A stretch of 61,976 bases of DNA from Eubacteriales bacterium (GTDB lineage: Bacteria; Bacillota; Clostridia; Oscillospirales; CAG-272), in the NCBI GenBank assembly GCA_045643785.1, contig JAZRFR010000031.1, positions 1-61,976 of the forward strand. The letters run 5' to 3'. The position numbers were made by a program, and so were the translations under genes. This document shows positions 45,488 to 54,503 of this stretch, piece after piece. How positions within the stretch are numbered: the first letter of the stretch is position 1; every line of letters begins with the position of its first letter. Below the pieces are notes generated by a model. The model ran no database searches, was not told the DNA's origin, and saw only the letters and a program-made list of their open reading frames with translations.

Positions 45488-47182
45488 ATGAAGATCAACG
45501 AAAAGATCCCCGCTCTGAACGGGACCATCACCGACCCCCGTACCCGTCGCTACCTCGCCCCCAAGCGCGTGGTGCTGACCGAGGGTAACGTGAACAACCC
45601 CGAGTCCCTCCTGCAGGAGAGAAGCAACCAGATCACTCTGGTCCCCGGCGAGTGCTGCACCCTGGTCAACAAGCCCGGCCAGCCCCACGCCAAGGTGGTT
45701 CTGGACTACGGCTGTGAGTTCCCCGGCTCCATCCGCCTCATGATCTGGAGCGCAGGCTCCAAGGGCGCCGGTGACGATGCCCGCTGCAACATCCTCGTCC
45801 GTACCGGTGAGTCTGTGATGGAAGCCATCACGCCCATCAAGGAGAAGAACACCACCAACGACCACGCCATCCGCGACCGTGTCATGAACGTTGGCTTCTA
45901 CTCCGCCAACGAGACCAACGAGTCGGGTCAGCGTTTCGTCTGCGTGGAGCTGATCGACGACGACGCCGTGGTGTCCTTCAAGGCCATTCAGGGTGTGTTC
46001 CACTATCTGGATCTGGACTACAAGGGCTCCTTCGAGTGCTCCGACGAGAAGCTGACCCGCATCTGGAACACCGCCGCCTACACCGCTCACGTCAATATGC
46101 AGGAGTACCTGTGGGACGGCATCAAGCGCGACCGTCTGGTCTGGATCGGTGATATGCACACCGAGGTCAACACCATTCTGGCTACCTTCGGCTACAACGA
46201 CATCGTGCCTCGCTCTCTGGACGTGGTCCGCGACGAGACCCCTGTGGGCGCATGGATGAACGGCATCTCCGCCTACTCCATCTGGTGGCTCCTGATCCAC
46301 TGCGACTGGTACCGCGCCTTCGGTAACAAGGCATACCTGGAGGAGCAGAGAGACTACCTCCGCGGCCTGCTGACCCTCCTTGCCTCCTTCGTGGACGAGG
46401 ACGGCGGCGAGACCCTGCCCGAGGGCCGTCTCCTGGACTGGCCCACCAATGACGATCCCGTGGCCAAGCACGTGGGCTTCCAGGGTCTTCTGAAGCTGGC
46501 TCTGGACAACGGCGCTTACCTGCTCCGCGAGCTGGGCGAGGACGAGACCGCCGCTCTCTGCGAGGCTTCCGCTGAAAAGATGAAGCAGCACAAGCCCGAG
46601 CCCACCGCCGCCAAGCAGGCCAACTCCTTCATGGTGCTGGCAGGTCTGGCCGATGCCAAGGAAGTCAATGAGAAGGTTCTGATCCCCGGTGGCGGTCATG
46701 GCTACTCCACCTTCATGGGCTACTACATTCTGGCTGCCAAGTCCGCCGCAGGCGACCTGGGCGGCGCGCTCCGCGATATGAAGGAGTACTGGGGCGGTAT
46801 GCTGGATATGGGCGCTACCACCTTCTGGGAGGACTTCGATCTCGACTGGATGGAGAACGCCGGCCGCATCGACGAGGTGGTTCCCGAGGGCATGGTGGAC
46901 ATCCACGGCGACTACGGCAACTACTGCTACATCAAGTTCCGTCACTCCCTCTGCCACGGCTGGGCATCCGGTCCCTGTCCTTACCTCTCCAACTACGTGC
47001 TGGGTGTCAAGAACATCGCTCCCGGCAAGTACGAGGTCAAGCCCGAGCTGGCATGGCTGGATTGGGCCAAGGGCACCTACCCCACCCCCAAGGGCGAGAT
47101 CAAGGTCTGGGCCTTCAAGGACACCGAGGGCAAGACCGTGGTGAACATCGAGGCTCCCGCAGGCATCGAGATTGTTCGCTGA
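45488..47182 (+). CDS. (alpha/alpha)6-barrel glycosidase related to GH78 alpha-L-rhamnosidases
   Basis: WDGIKRDRLVWIGDMH motif (fungal/bacterial rhamnosidase-like DGAKRDR..W.GD) and SLCHGWASGP. Start at ATG 45488 (RBS AGGAGA). Confidence 0.65.
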   Translation: MKINEKIPALNGTITDPRTRRYLAPKRVVLTEGNVNNPESLLQERSNQITLVPGECCTLVNKPGQPHAKVVLDYGCEFPGSIRLMIWSAGSKGAGDDARCNILVRTGESVMEAITPIKEKNTTNDHAIRDRVMNVGFYSANETNESGQRFVCVELIDDDAVVSFKAIQGVFHYLDLDYKGSFECSDEKLTRIWNTAAYTAHVNMQEYLWDGIKRDRLVWIGDMHTEVNTILATFGYNDIVPRSLDVVRDETPVGAWMNGISAYSIWWLLIHCDWYRAFGNKAYLEEQRDYLRGLLTLLASFVDEDGGETLPEGRLLDWPTNDDPVAKHVGFQGLLKLALDNGAYLLRELGEDETAALCEASAEKMKQHKPEPTAAKQANSFMVLAGLADAKEVNEKVLIPGGGHGYSTFMGYYILAAKSAAGDLGGALRDMKEYWGGMLDMGATTFWEDFDLDWMENAGRIDEVVPEGMVDIHGDYGNYCYIKFRHSLCHGWASGPCPYLSNYVLGVKNIAPGKYEVKPELAWLDWAKGTYPTPKGEIKVWAFKDTEGKTVVNIEAPAGIEIVR

Positions 47183-47196
47183 TCGCTGATCCGTAT

Positions 47197-47226
47197 GAAA
47201 AATCCCCGTTTTTACGGGGATTTTTC
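47197..47226. terminator. Rho-independent terminator
   Basis: GAAAAATCCCCG TTTTTA CGGGGATTTTTC. Confidence 0.75.
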
Positions 47227-47454
47227 TGTTTGATACCAATGAATGGGTCCGAACCGCTCCCCCTCGTCCCGAACGGGACGTGGCCGGGACGCAGGAAGCC
47301 CCGCGGTCCAGAGCAGGACTGTCACCGCCGCCGCCAAAGCCGCGACCCGCCGCAGGGAGATCCCCTGCCGGCTCTTCCGGCTCTGCCGCCTCCCCCATGC
47401 TCGCATCCATGCCGTCTCCATAACCACCCGTAACCGCCCCATACCCGCCTCCAT

Positions 47455-47491
47455 AAAAAATCACCCCACCGCCAACGAATGACGGTGGGGT
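47455..47491 (-). terminator. Rho-independent terminator of the 51526->47524 unit
   Basis: Minus strand has ACCCCACCG TCATTCGTTGG CGGTGGGGT followed by GATTTTTT. Confidence 0.6.
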
Positions 47492-47523
47492 TCTGTATGA
47501 AAGGTATGCGGAAACCGAACGAA

Positions 47524-49701
47524 TTAGTCCTTCTTGCGGATCACTGCGACGGCGGCGGCCATAAGAATCCCCGTCAGGCCAAAGGCCACGGCAGACGCGC
47601 AACCGCCCTCGGCAGGTGCCTGGGTCTCGGGAGCGGCGGTGGGAGCCTCGGTGGGTACTTCGGGAGCCGCGGTTTCGGGAGCCGCGGTGGGTGCTTCGGT
47701 CTCGGGGGCGGCAGTGGGAGCCTCGGTAACGGGCTCGGTCACAGGCTCGGTCTCGGGTTCGGTCTCGGGCTTCATAGCCTCCAGATAGGCCAGATAGTCG
47801 GTGATGGAGCCCTCGGGTGCCCAGCCCTCGGCCACCTTGGCGGCCTCCTCGGCGGTCTTACACAGAACGATGGCACCGAAGTACATGGACACGTCGGCGG
47901 GGGTGTTGGAGCCGTCGAAAATATCCAGACGAATGTTGTTGATGTTGCCCGTCCAGTTGGATACCTTGCTCATGTCGGCCACCACGTACTGCCAGCCGTC
48001 CATGCCCGACTTCACCGACACGGTCTTGGTACGGCCTGCGGCGGCGCCGTTATCCTTGCCTGCGGCGTAGTAGAGGGAGAGGGAGGTGTTAGCGGAGGAG
48101 TGATTGTTCTTGACCTTGAACACGATGTACTTATAGGTATCGGCCGAGGCGGGAGCCAGAGGGCCGAAGTCCAGAGAGGCGTAAGGGTCAACGGTCTGGG
48201 AGGAGGTGGTCATCTTGAAGGCCTTTTCGGTCTCGTCATAACCGGTATTCACGGCGTTCTGGCCGCCGATCAGGTCGTTGATCAGCGCGCCGTCCAGATA
48301 GGTAGCGGGGATGGTGGACATGTCCACGGAGGTCTTGATGTAGGACAGGCTTCCCTGCTTCTCGCAAACGGGAGTGTCATTCCAGACCACGCCGATACCG
48401 TTGATGACGGAGCGGACGCTGCCGTCGGAGCACTTATTACGGACGGTGTAGCTTCCCTCTTCCAGGGTGACGAAGGTGGCGGATCCGCCGCCGTCCAGGT
48501 AGAACACGCTGTTAAAGCCCATTTCGGTGCAGAACTTGAAGCCGTCCGAGAAGCGCAGACCGAGATACTTCCCATCCTGGGTGGAGGTCACGGTGCAGAG
48601 GACCACGGTGCCGTCATCGCGGTAGCCCACGAAGGAGGTGGGGTAGTTGGAGGTATCCCCGTTGGCAACGGCCAGCTTGCCGTCCACGATAGGTTGCATA
48701 TGGCCGCCGATGGCGTCCTCAACGTCCTGCCACATCTCGGAGCGGCCCATGCGGTCGGTCATGGTGGTCTGGAAGGTGACGGTATCGCCCACCTTGAAGT
48801 TGTTCTGGAGGTCGCCCACGCGGTTGCCGCGGGCGGTGAGGATGATGGACTTCTCACCGATGGCGGGGCGAGTAGCGGCACCGGCCTTGTAGATGGCCAC
48901 CACCTTGGCGGAGATCTCACCGCCGGCCTTGAAGGCGGTGGAATCATCCACCTTCAGCTCCACCTCGTAGGCATCGTTCAGGGCGTAGTTGGTGTCGTTG
49001 ACGCGGTGGTTGTAGACGATGAGAGAGTTGAGGGCGGGGAGGCGGTTGATGCCATCGGCCTTCAAAGTCTTACCGTTGACCGAAATGGACACGGTAATGT
49101 CGGGGGAGCCCACCAGAGGCTGGTTCTGGGAGGTCACGCCGAAGGCGGCCTTGTTGCCGCAGGGCAGTCCCTTTTCGTTGTTGGTCGCGCCCAGATTCTC
49201 CTGGTCGATCTGCTGGGATGCCCAGATCTCACCGTCGATGATGAGCACGCCGCGGACGACCGACAAAACCTTCTTGGAAACGGCAGAACCGCTGTGGACG
49301 GAGTTCATAAAGAGGTCACCGTTGATGGCGGCCAAAACCGTCTGTCCCTTATGGGCGGTGTTATAGTCTGCCGCGCCCTTGTCCATGGTCTTCTTGCTCA
49401 CCATATACGTGCCGTTGTTGATGACCTCCATGGACAGGTGGGTGTTGGACAGGTCGATCTCCACCATGTTGACCTGACGGTCTGTGCCGTAGGTGGAGCC
49501 GCTGATGGCAATGTCCGTCCACATGACACCGGTCTTGGTGCCGTCGGGCAGGAGGATCTCTTGAGTCTTGCGGCTCTGCTCGTCGCTGAGCTTTTCGGCG
49601 GGCGCGGCGGCCATGGCGGGGGTGATCCACGCCGATACCGACAGGCTGAGAGCCAGGATCAAAGACAACAGGGCCATAGCAAAACGGGTATTACGTTTCA
49701 T
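47524..49701 (-). CDS. Secreted phosphodiester glycosidase (NAGPA/DUF2233) family protein with a GC-motif/TM/RKKD tail
   Basis: Signal peptide. VFYLDGGGSATFV (LDGGGS motif). PETEPETEPVTEPVTEAPTAAPETEAPTAAPE linker. Tail GGCASAVAFGLTGILMAAAVAVIRKKD. Confidence 0.7.
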   Translation of the reverse strand: MKRNTRFAMALLSLILALSLSVSAWITPAMAAAPAEKLSDEQSRKTQEILLPDGTKTGVMWTDIAISGSTYGTDRQVNMVEIDLSNTHLSMEVINNGTYMVSKKTMDKGAADYNTAHKGQTVLAAINGDLFMNSVHSGSAVSKKVLSVVRGVLIIDGEIWASQQIDQENLGATNNEKGLPCGNKAAFGVTSQNQPLVGSPDITVSISVNGKTLKADGINRLPALNSLIVYNHRVNDTNYALNDAYEVELKVDDSTAFKAGGEISAKVVAIYKAGAATRPAIGEKSIILTARGNRVGDLQNNFKVGDTVTFQTTMTDRMGRSEMWQDVEDAIGGHMQPIVDGKLAVANGDTSNYPTSFVGYRDDGTVVLCTVTSTQDGKYLGLRFSDGFKFCTEMGFNSVFYLDGGGSATFVTLEEGSYTVRNKCSDGSVRSVINGIGVVWNDTPVCEKQGSLSYIKTSVDMSTIPATYLDGALINDLIGGQNAVNTGYDETEKAFKMTTSSQTVDPYASLDFGPLAPASADTYKYIVFKVKNNHSSANTSLSLYYAAGKDNGAAAGRTKTVSVKSGMDGWQYVVADMSKVSNWTGNINNIRLDIFDGSNTPADVSMYFGAIVLCKTAEEAAKVAEGWAPEGSITDYLAYLEAMKPETEPETEPVTEPVTEAPTAAPETEAPTAAPETAAPEVPTEAPTAAPETQAPAEGGCASAVAFGLTGILMAAAVAVIRKKD

Positions 49702-51526
49702 GATGTTTCTCCTTTACATTCTTTTTCGTAACGAGGGGAATGGGCGCCACGACCGCAAGGATCGCGACGAGGGGCGCCACCGCCGAGGCACAGCCCTTGC
49801 CCTTGGTTGGGGCTTGCGAGGTCTCGGAAGGGGCTGCCGTTGTATCGGCAGGGGAATCGGAGTCATCAAACCCGGTTGTCGGAGTGGTTTCGGGGGATGC
49901 GGGGGGCGCGGTTTCGGGTTCGGTCTCAATATAGCTATCCTCGTCGGGAATCACGTAGATTTCCTTCTCGGTATTGCTCTCCTCGCTCATGTCCCGGAAG
50001 ATCACGGGATCACCGCTCTTATAGGGAGTCTGCTTGGCAGGATCCTGCGAGGCGGCCTTTCGCGCGGCTTCCGCGGTGCGGAAGAACTGCACCGAGGCGA
50101 ATTCCACGCCGTCGCCCGCGTCACTATCGGCGCTGATGTAATCGAAGCGCCAGCCGTTGATGATGCCGCCCCAATTTTCCTTTTGGGAGAGATCCACCAA
50201 AAGGTAGTGCCACTTTCCGTCCTTTTGCAGGGTCACTCCTTGGTTACAGGCCTCGGTCGCGCCCGTGATGGGACCCGAGCAGAGGTAGAGGTTCATGCGG
50301 TCGGAGTTGTTGTTCTTGTCGGCGCGATACAGGAAGACCATGTACTTGTACTCGTCCGCGTCCAGCTTGATGCCGTTCTCCGCCAGTAGCGCGCCCGCGT
50401 TAAAGTGCGCGAAAGGATCGTTGGTCTCTTCCTTCACCTCCATGCGAAGAACGTCGCCCAACGCCGCATCGCTGATGCCTGCGGCGGTCGAATGGTTGTA
50501 GCCGACAAAATAGTTCAGAACATCCCCCGACAGGTAGATTTTGGCGGCCACGCGGTCTGTCACGTAACCGTGATAGACGAACTCGATACCCGTCACCGTC
50601 ACCTCGCCGCCGAGGTAGCCCGTAAGCCACACGTCGCCGTAGTGATTCATCTCGGTCAGATCGATCTCCATCACCCCCGCCCCCGTCGCGGGATCCAGAG
50701 GGGCATAAACCAGATTATCCGTGAGATTGTAGGACTGCCCTGCGGTGCCGTAGCCATGCTTCCCCGCAGATTTCAGACCCAAAATGGGCTTTCGCCCCTC
50801 TCCCACGCCTGCGTCCGCATTTTCAGCGGTGTAGGTGATCCGCATGCAGGCAAAGGCCGTCAGATTGAGCTCACCCAAGCGAACGCGGCCTTCCTCGGCC
50901 AGCGTAATCCCCTCGGGCGCCACGGTAGCGTTCCCCGCCAGAGAACCACCGCCCTCCCGCAGAATGCGAGAAAAGCTGATCCCGTGCTTCTTGCCGTCGT
51001 CGGGATCGGGGTCGCCGTAGCGAAGATTCAGAAGCGCTACCAGATCGCAGGGAAGCCCCATGCCGTCCAGCGCGCGGATGTATACGTCATACGTTCCTTC
51101 GGAAAGATCAACGGGGGGATCGATCGTCAGGGAAAAGCCCGCGCTCCCGTGACCCGAGGCGTGGGGGATACCCGCGGCGGCCAGATCGCCGCGAGGGGTC
51201 ATGCTGACCTTCTCCACCGTCCTCCACTCGGCGTGACCGCCGCCCGAAGGAACCCACAGGTATTGGTAGACAGACACACCCTCCGGCGTAGCCAGCCAGC
51301 CGCCGGCGGTAATGGATTCACCCAAGGGAAGATGCAGGTCGCGGATGACACCGATCATGGTGCCGCCGACACCGTGTCCGTTCAGATTGTCCACGCTGAA
51401 TTGGTAGGGGACACGCCCGCCCTCGTCGGGGGCGGCGGCCACCGAAAGGGCGGAAATAACCGGCACAAAGACCAGTATCAGTATGAGTAGGGCCGCAAGG
51501 CCGCGTTTGGGATCTATGCGATGCAA
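49691..51526 (-). CDS. Secreted protein of unknown function with a GC-motif/TM/basic tail
   Basis: Signal/anchor GLAALLILILVFVPVISALSVAAA. P/T/E-rich linker. Tail KGKGCASAVAPLVAILAVVAPIPLVTKKN. 11-nt overlap with the downstream gene. Confidence 0.65.
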   Translation of the reverse strand: MHRIDPKRGLAALLILILVFVPVISALSVAAAPDEGGRVPYQFSVDNLNGHGVGGTMIGVIRDLHLPLGESITAGGWLATPEGVSVYQYLWVPSGGGHAEWRTVEKVSMTPRGDLAAAGIPHASGHGSAGFSLTIDPPVDLSEGTYDVYIRALDGMGLPCDLVALLNLRYGDPDPDDGKKHGISFSRILREGGGSLAGNATVAPEGITLAEEGRVRLGELNLTAFACMRITYTAENADAGVGEGRKPILGLKSAGKHGYGTAGQSYNLTDNLVYAPLDPATGAGVMEIDLTEMNHYGDVWLTGYLGGEVTVTGIEFVYHGYVTDRVAAKIYLSGDVLNYFVGYNHSTAAGISDAALGDVLRMEVKEETNDPFAHFNAGALLAENGIKLDADEYKYMVFLYRADKNNNSDRMNLYLCSGPITGATEACNQGVTLQKDGKWHYLLVDLSQKENWGGIINGWRFDYISADSDAGDGVEFASVQFFRTAEAARKAASQDPAKQTPYKSGDPVIFRDMSEESNTEKEIYVIPDEDSYIETEPETAPPASPETTPTTGFDDSDSPADTTAAPSETSQAPTKGKGCASAVAPLVAILAVVAPIPLVTKKNVKEKHHET

Positions 51527-51611
51527 AGGGGTTACCTCCTTTGGTGTATTCTGCCTCTATTATACACTATTTTCCCGCGTTTGTGAAGGGGGTTTTCCGA
51601 AAATTTTTAAA

Positions 51612-51640
51612 GAAAAACCCCACCTGCAGGTGGGGTTTTA
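51612..51640. terminator. Bidirectional terminator (perfect 18-nt palindrome)
   Basis: AAAAA CCCCACCTGCAGGTGGGG TTTTA. Confidence 0.75.
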
Positions 51641-51649
51641 AAGTCAAGG

Positions 51650-52885
51650 TCAATCCTTCTTTTTGCAGACCAGCGCCCATGCCGCCATGAGCAGCAGCGC
51701 CGAAAGAGCGCCCGTGCCGATGGCACCGGAGCAGCCGTACTTGTCGAGAAGCATTTCCAGCTCCTCGTCCATGGGAAGCGGGTCGCTTTCCGCGGGAGTG
51801 GCAGGTCGGGGCTTGGTTACCACTTCAGGGGGCTTCGTATCGGCAGGCTTCTGGGTTTCGGGTCTTTGGGGCTCGGGAGCCGGCTCGGTCTCGGGTGCGG
51901 GATCGGTCTCGGGAGACGGAGGCACCGTCTCATATCCGCGGCCCATGTCTACGATCCCGTCGCACAAAAGCCCCATATTCTCCTCGTAAGGCAGGTACAG
52001 GCCGATGCCGTTGTCGTAGACCGTCCAGGAAACCTGGGGAACGCCGTTGTCGTCAGCAATACCTTTGGTGGTACCGGCTGCCCACGTATATGCTCGGGTC
52101 GTCTTATCATCCATGTTCAGGTAGTACAGACAGCAGCCGATCTCCAAAGGAAATTCAGAGATTCCGCCGATATAGAGTTTCTTGTCGTCCCAAGACTTCC
52201 AACTGTAGTCGTCGTACAGCTGCTGCCAGGACAGAGCGAACTCGGCGGACCAACCGTCCTCGGTCTTCATAGCGGCGCCCTTCACGCCGTCGCCGTTCGC
52301 CTCGGAGATCCATCTGTCGTCATCGGACTCCTGACGCATGATCTCGATGGGAGCGCCGTCAGCCGCACAACCGAAGGAGTAGAAAATGTTCTTGGGGACA
52401 CCACCAACGTCCTCGGGGTTCTCCTCGAGTATCTTGCCCATACGGCCGCCGAATTCAAGGCAAAGCTGGATGGAGTCTCCCGAGTGGTAGTCACCGGCAT
52501 TGATGTAATTGAATGTGGGATCGGTTACGAAGAAACCGAAATACAGCCACTCCCGGTCCGCCACGAAATAGGCGGAAATGCTCCAGCCCTCAAGAACGGT
52601 ACCGAGAGGCTCCCAGTACACCATATTCGTTGTGTCGATCACGTACATGTCATAGCCGGCATCCACCCAATCGTTCATATCACCGTCGGACAGATCCAGC
52701 TTGGAAGCGGCCTCGGGATCCCAGGTAATACGAATGTCACCCACGGGGCAGAACGTGTCGGCGCTGTATCCGCCGGGAGACCAGTAAACACCGACCTCAG
52801 ACCCGGGCAGCTCGGCAGAAGCCGCCACCGTCCCGAAGGAGATCAGAGTAGCCATAGCAAGCAAAAGCGCAAAGATCTTTTTCAT
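51650..52885 (-). CDS. Secreted CBM9/DOMON-like sugar-binding protein, paralog 1, with a GC-motif/TM/KKKD tail
   Basis: Start at ATG 52885 (MKKIFALLLAMATLISFGTVAASA, GGAGG RBS). LSDGDMNDWVDAGYDMYVID and SWQQLYDDYSWKSWD are shared with paralog 2. Tail YGCSGAIGTGALSALLLMAAWALVCKKKD. Confidence 0.65.
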   Translation of the reverse strand: MKKIFALLLAMATLISFGTVAASAELPGSEVGVYWSPGGYSADTFCPVGDIRITWDPEAASKLDLSDGDMNDWVDAGYDMYVIDTTNMVYWEPLGTVLEGWSISAYFVADREWLYFGFFVTDPTFNYINAGDYHSGDSIQLCLEFGGRMGKILEENPEDVGGVPKNIFYSFGCAADGAPIEIMRQESDDDRWISEANGDGVKGAAMKTEDGWSAEFALSWQQLYDDYSWKSWDDKKLYIGGISEFPLEIGCCLYYLNMDDKTTRAYTWAAGTTKGIADDNGVPQVSWTVYDNGIGLYLPYEENMGLLCDGIVDMGRGYETVPPSPETDPAPETEPAPEPQRPETQKPADTKPPEVVTKPRPATPAESDPLPMDEELEMLLDKYGCSGAIGTGALSALLLMAAWALVCKKKD

Positions 52886-52919
52886 GATGAAAACCTCCCA
52901 TACAAGAGTATCTGACCTC

Positions 52920-52948
52920 ATTATAGCACACTTTTCCCCCATTGTCAA
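52920..52948 (-). promoter_or_regulatory. Consensus sigma-70 promoter of paralog 1
   Basis: Minus strand reads TTGACA (52948-52943), 17-nt spacer, TATAAT (52925-52920). Confidence 0.6.
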
Positions 52949-52979
52949 GAAAAACCCCACCTGCAAGGGGCAGGTGGGG
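52949..52979 (-). terminator. Rho-independent terminator of paralog 2
   Basis: Minus strand has CCCCACCTGCC CCTT GCAGGTGGGG followed by TTTTTCTT. The stem sequence is the same as in the 51612-51640 terminator. Confidence 0.7.
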
Positions 52980-53022
52980 AAATTTCTTTTCCTATGTGCG
53001 ATTCAAGCCTTGGAAAAAGGAA

Positions 53023-54207
53023 TTAGTCCTTCTTCTTCAGAGCAACGAAAGCAGCGGCAGCAGCCAGAACGGCAACAGCACCAAAGCCAACGACGGAAGC
53101 GCAACCCTCTTCGGTGGTAGCAGCAGCGGTGGTCTCGGTAGCGTTGGAGTCGGCGGGAGCCTGAGTAGCAGCCTCGGTCTCGGGAGCCTGAGTAGCGGCC
53201 TCGGTCTTAGCCTCGGTCTCGGGAGCCTCAGTCTCGGGAGCGTCGGTCACCTCGGGAATGGTCTCGGTGATGGGCAGAGCAATGATCTGCTCGCAGTTGA
53301 AGGACATGCCATCCTCGTAGGGCAGCTTCAGGTTGATACCGTTGTCGTAAGCAGTCCAGGAAACCTGGGGAGTGCCTGCGTCGTCAGCGATACCGTTGGT
53401 GGTACCGGCAGCCCAGTTGATGGTGCCACCGGTCTCGGTACGATCCAGGTAGTACAGGCAGCAGCCGACCTTGAGGGGCAGAGCCTGGTCACCACCGAAG
53501 TAGATCTCCTTCTCGTCCCAAGACTTCCAGCTGTAGTCATCGTACAGCTGCTGCCAGGACAGAGCGAACTCTGCGGACCAACCGTTCTCGGTCTTCTTAG
53601 CGGAGCCCTTGACACCCTCGGTCTCGGGATCCATGACGCCGTCAGCGTCAGACTCCTGACGCGTGATCTGGAGGGGTGCACCGTCCTCAGCGCAAGAGAA
53701 GGAGTAGAAAATGTTCTTGGGGTTGGATACTGCATAGGGATCCTCTGCAATCAGATCGCCCAGCTTGCCGCCGAAGTCAATGCAGACCTGGAAAGCATCA
53801 CCGTCGTATCCATTGCCGGAGCCGTAAGCGAAAGCGGGATCGGTTACGTAGAAACCAATGTAGAACCACTCGGAGTCAGCCACGAAGTAGGTGGAAATGT
53901 TCCAGCCCTCGGGGATACCGGTACCGTTGGTGGTATCATTGACCCAGTACACCATGTTCGAGGTGTCAACCGTGATCATGTCGTAATCGGCAGCAGCCCA
54001 GTCCTCCATGTCACCGTCGGTTACATCCAGCTTGGAACCAGCCTCGGGGTCCCAGGTGATGGTAACGTCACCGATGGTGCTGAACGTGTCAGCACTGTAT
54101 CCGCCGGGAGTAAAGGAGATACCCTCGGGCAGAGCGGCAGATGCCAGAACAGCGCTCAGAGAAAGAAGCATAGCTACAGTCATAAGAATAGCAAAAATCT
54201 TCTTCAT
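53023..54207 (-). CDS. Secreted CBM9/DOMON-like sugar-binding protein, paralog 2, with a GC-motif/TM/KKKD tail
   Basis: Start at ATG 54207 (MKKIFAILMTVAMLLSLSAVLASA, GGAGG RBS). Collinear with paralog 1. Tail EEGCASVVGFGAVAVLAAAAAFVALKKKD. Confidence 0.65.
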   Translation of the reverse strand: MKKIFAILMTVAMLLSLSAVLASAALPEGISFTPGGYSADTFSTIGDVTITWDPEAGSKLDVTDGDMEDWAAADYDMITVDTSNMVYWVNDTTNGTGIPEGWNISTYFVADSEWFYIGFYVTDPAFAYGSGNGYDGDAFQVCIDFGGKLGDLIAEDPYAVSNPKNIFYSFSCAEDGAPLQITRQESDADGVMDPETEGVKGSAKKTENGWSAEFALSWQQLYDDYSWKSWDEKEIYFGGDQALPLKVGCCLYYLDRTETGGTINWAAGTTNGIADDAGTPQVSWTAYDNGINLKLPYEDGMSFNCEQIIALPITETIPEVTDAPETEAPETEAKTEAATQAPETEAATQAPADSNATETTAAATTEEGCASVVGFGAVAVLAAAAAFVALKKKD

Positions 54208-54433
54208 GATAAAAATCCTCCATAAAAATTTTTTGTGCAACCGCTCATAGCGGTTCTGCACACAGACCACGCCCCCCTTGAGCGCGGTTTTGGTGATATT
54301 ATGATACACCATAACTGTGAACCGCAAAAGACGAGATTGTTAACAATCGTTAACAATTTGCGTAGAAAAAATCCACATCCCGTCAAATGCGCCCCTCGTC
54401 GCCCGATTCTGCGAAGAATATTGCTCCCCCCCC

Positions 54434-54462
54434 TTGACAAACGGAATAAAATGGAGTACAAT
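54434..54462 (+). promoter_or_regulatory. Sigma-70 promoter of the lipoprotein gene
   Basis: TTGACA (54434-39), 17-nt spacer, TACAAT (54457-62). Confidence 0.6.
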
Positions 54463-54503
54463 AATAATGATTCAAAATTTCTTCGAAAGGAAGACCGAAC
54501 ACC

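Noticed and set aside
47212-47454. 80-aa minus-strand ORF (one hydrophobic segment) between two terminators
   Set aside because: It starts immediately after a terminator T-run without an RBS, is Arg/Ala/Gly-rich, and its stop lies inside the next terminator. It is probably spurious, though a small membrane peptide cannot be excluded.
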